Assembly: GCF_006345805.1 (NCBI RefSeq)
Contig: NW_021832961.1
Span: 1-29,639, forward strand
From: Octopus sinensis
Lineage: Eukaryota
Length of the DNA stretch: 29,639 bases
Direction: 5' to 3'
Position numbers and translations under genes: made by a program. This document shows, piece by piece, positions 26,652 to 29,639 of this stretch (position 1 is the stretch's first letter; every line of letters begins with the position of its first letter). The notes under the pieces were generated by a model, which saw only the letters and a program-made list of their open reading frames with translations, was not told the origin of the DNA and searched no databases.

Positions 26652-26828
26652 TATGTGACAATTATTCGGTAGCCATGATAAAACTCCGAATTTCGAATGT
26701 CGGGGCGGAAACCCATGCCGCTATCTCTTCAGTTATCAGGCCATCGAAAAAACGCTATGAAAATGACCCCCGACATCCGAAACTTGGAATTTTTATCATG
26801 GCTAACGAATAATTGTCCCCCCCACATA
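26652..26828. mobile_element. MITE-like fold-back element with ~50 bp terminal inverted repeats
   Basis: Left arm 26657-26705 GACAATTATTCGGTAGCCATGATAAAACTCCGAATTTCGAATGTCGGGG versus reverse complement of 26768-26817 GACAATTATTCGTTAGCCATGATAAAAATTCCAAGTTTCGGATGTCGGGG. Outer TATGTG/CACATA ends are also complementary. Confidence 0.7.
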
Positions 26829-26987
26829 CACACACATATAGTCTCTCTCCATTTCTCTCATTCTGAAATCTATACACATATATACACGTATTATATTCGT
26901 TTATAAACTCCATATGTACATATAAAATTCATGCATAATGATAAAAATGTCTACATATATAGCAAATATTTCTGTTTACATAGTATA

Positions 26988-27389
26988 GACGCAAGCGTGG
27001 TTGAGTGATTAGAAGATTCCATCCTAACCACATGCTTTCGAGTTCATTTCCACCCCGTAGCCCCTTGTGTAAATGACTGCCTGGGGCTGACCAAAACTTT
27101 GTCAGTGAATTTGTTTGAGGAAACTGAAAGAAATCCATCGTGTATATATATATATATATATATATACACCTCTCGCTGTCGTCTTTTGGTCTGTGTTTGT
27201 ACCAACTAGCACATGGCAACTAGTGTTGGTTTGTTTACGTTCCGTAACTTTGTAATTCGGCGAAATAGTCAGATACAATGAGTCCTAGACTTAAAATAAC
27301 AAATATCGTAGTAAACAAACATATAACGAAAGTTTCTTCAAGGCGGTGCTCTAGCATGGCTGCATCCACATGACAGAAAAGATAAAAGG
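26988..27389 (+). mobile_element. SINE family A, apparently full length (~400 bp)
   Basis: tRNA-like head (GCGTGGTTGAGTGATTAG ... GAGTTCATTTCC), GGAAACTGAAAGAA, internal (TA)n, body TGTTTACGTTCCGTAACTT, tail AAGGCGGTGCTCTAGCATGGCTGCA ... GATAAAAG. Confidence 0.8.
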
Positions 27390-27594
27390 TAGAAGATATA
27401 TATATATATATATATATATGTATAAAATATATACACGCCTATATTTAAATAAACGCTCGTATATGGTAGACATATATATATATATATGATTTTATATAAA
27501 ATATGTGTTCATACATACATTCTTGTATACGCATTTGGGTCTCTGTGTGTGTATGTGTGTAAGTATTCTATATTATGTGTGTGTCTCATATATA

Positions 27595-27626
<32 letters not shown>

Positions 27627-27628
27627 AA

Positions 27629-27840
27629 TGTCTGTGTCTTTGAGTCTACTTGTCCAACCCATTATCACTTCACAACCGATGTTGGTGTGTTTACGTCTCC
27701 GTAACTCAGCCGGTTCATTCCAACGAGTCCAATAGAATAAGAACTATGCTTACAAACATGTCCAGCGGTCGATTTCTTCGACTAAAAATAACCCAGCATG
27801 GCCGCAGTCAAATAATTGAACCAAGAAAAAGAATAAGAGT
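27629..27840 (+). mobile_element. SINE family A, 3' half
   Basis: ACAACCGATGTTGGTGTGTTTACGTCTCCGTAACTCAGC ... TCGACTAAAA ... CCAGCATGGCCGCAGTCAAAT. Confidence 0.8.
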
Positions 27841-28536
27841 ATAAATAGATGTGCTATATATAGACTTTTGTATTTATATAGCCATATATATATATATATA
27901 TGCATTCTCTTTTGTATATAACCATATATATGTACATATATATTTCTTTGAGCGAGGATAAATATATATATATATCATCATCATCATCGTCATCGTATAT
28001 ATATATATATATATATATATGAAACGTATAAAATCTTACGTTTACTTAAATGTATACATACATACATATATACTTCCCATACATGTATATATCGTATATA
28101 CACTTAACATATACATCTATGTATATGTTTTATATCTCATGAAGAATACATACAATATACAGATATAAATTAATATAGAAAGAAATCGTGATAACTTATG
28201 CGTTTAATTATGGTTTATAACTTTATATATTTATGTGCATGTACACTTCATACCTATCTATCTATCCATCTATCCATCTATCCATCCATCCATCCATCTC
28301 TCTCCCTCTATATATATATAATATATATTATATATAATATATAATTATATATATATATATATATATCCCTTTCTCTTTCTCTCCCTGTCCCGCCAGTCTC
28401 TTCTCTCTCTCTCTCTCTCTCTCTCTCGCTCTATATATATATTATATATATATATATCTATATACGTATATATATATATATATCTAATATATATATATAT
28501 ATATATATAATCTATATATATATATATTAATATATA

Positions 28537-28567
<31 letters not shown>

Positions 28568-28589
28568 CTATATATATATCTGTATATAT

Positions 28590-28693
28590 ATATATATACG
28601 TATGTATATTACACCTGTATATAGATATATATATATATATATACGTATGTATATACACCTGTATATATAGATATACGTATGTATATACACCTG

Positions 28694-28724
<31 letters not shown>

Positions 28725-28860
28725 ATACACCTTATATATATATATGGTATGTATGTATATATATACACCTGTATATATATATGTATGTATGTATATATAT
28801 ACACCTGTATATATATATGTATGTATGTATATATATACACCTGTATATATATATATATAT
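28590..28860. repeat. Minisatellite of TATGTATATACACCTGTATATA units, 7 copies, last three at exact 36-bp period
   Basis: ACACCT(G)TAT cores at 28611, 28655, 28687, 28727, 28765, 28801 and 28837. Confidence 0.9.
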
Positions 28861-28874
28861 ATATACATACAGTT

Positions 28875-28930
28875 ACACATACATGTATACACACATGTAT
28901 AGACACATGTATACACACATGTATAGACAC
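28875..28930. repeat. 12-bp tandem CACATGTATA(C/G)A, alternating to give a 24-bp higher-order unit
   Basis: Read directly. Confidence 0.8.
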
Positions 28931-29416
28931 ACATTACAGATCATATATCTATATATTTATATCATTTCTCCCTCTCCCTCTGTCTTGCTCTCTCCTATAT
29001 ATATATGTATATATATATATATGTTTCAGCCTTAAGGCTGTGGGCAAGTGAAAATGGAATAAGAAATTATGTTATGGACTTCATCAGCTAACAGTTGTTT
29101 CTGCTTTACCATGCAATGCGCACACTATATGAGAGATTGTTTTTCCCTATAGCTTCATCGGAGATTCAATATATATATATATATATATATTCGGTGCTTT
29201 CTTCCAAGAAAGCTAATGCTTTTAGATTAGTTTTTCCTTGGGGCTGGTCACATTGGAGCAATCTCAAGTATAATCAGCCGAAATTGCGAGTTAATCTGAT
29301 ACTTGACTGAGGAAGTATGACCCTCCTTGTTTTGTTTGTATCGTCTATCTGGATGCTCTGTTGCCCCCTTTTTGTATCACCTAACTGTCTGGATGTTTTG
29401 CCTTCTTGTCCCATTT

Positions 29417-29467
<51 letters not shown>

Positions 29468-29491
29468 CACACACACACACACACACACACG

Positions 29492-29529
<38 letters not shown>

Positions 29530-29576
29530 TACATACATACACACATATACATATACACACACACATATACCTGTGG

Positions 29577-29639
29577 TTGTGTCTGTTTGAGAGTGGTTGT
29601 CACCCATTGCTTGACACCTGGCTTCTTGCTGTATTTATG
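29577..29639 (+). mobile_element. Probable SINE family A body running off the window end
   Basis: GTGTCTGTTTG ... CATTGCTTGACACC ... TGTATTTATG follows a (CA)n tract and resembles the family A segment at 27629-27700. Confidence 0.45.

Noticed and set aside
13537-27840. Recurring GGCGGTGCTCCAGCATGGCC as a CRISPR-like or regulatory repeat
   Set aside because: Dispersed, in both orientations and always within SINE tails; eukaryotic context.
1920-29603. Numerous YIYI/HTHT/CVCV/NNNN/FFFF ORFs
   Set aside because: Translations of (TA)n, (CA)n, (AAT)n and poly-T tracts.

Overview
This is eukaryotic (metazoan) genomic DNA, very AT-rich and dense in (TA)n/(CA)n microsatellites. The SINE sequences match my recollection of abundant Octopus repeats, so a cephalopod origin is likely but is an inference. 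There is one convincing gene: an intronless SoxB1 (Sox1/2/3, SoxNeuro-like) HMG-box transcription factor at 794-1672 (+), preceded by a motif-rich proximal promoter (CRE, two inverted CCAAT boxes, GC box, Sox, TCF and K50 sites, TCAGTT initiator). The remaining ~28 kb has no supportable protein-coding gene and looks like a regulatory gene desert with two tRNA-derived SINE families, a fold-back MITE-like element, minisatellites and several non-repetitive islands that may be enhancers, a promoter or non-coding exons. Almost all other ORFs in the track are microsatellite or antisense artefacts. The best leads are: (1) a SoxB1 leader that is open in frame and encodes the conserved Y-N residues upstream of the first ATG, plus a uORF; (2) a possible same-strand spliced lncRNA analogous to SOX2-OT; (3) a CSL/Su(H)-like site cluster; (4) a CTACCT-rich let-7-like block downstream of the CDS; (5) several hairpin and fold-back elements. 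No novel system can be established from sequence alone; these are testable hypotheses.
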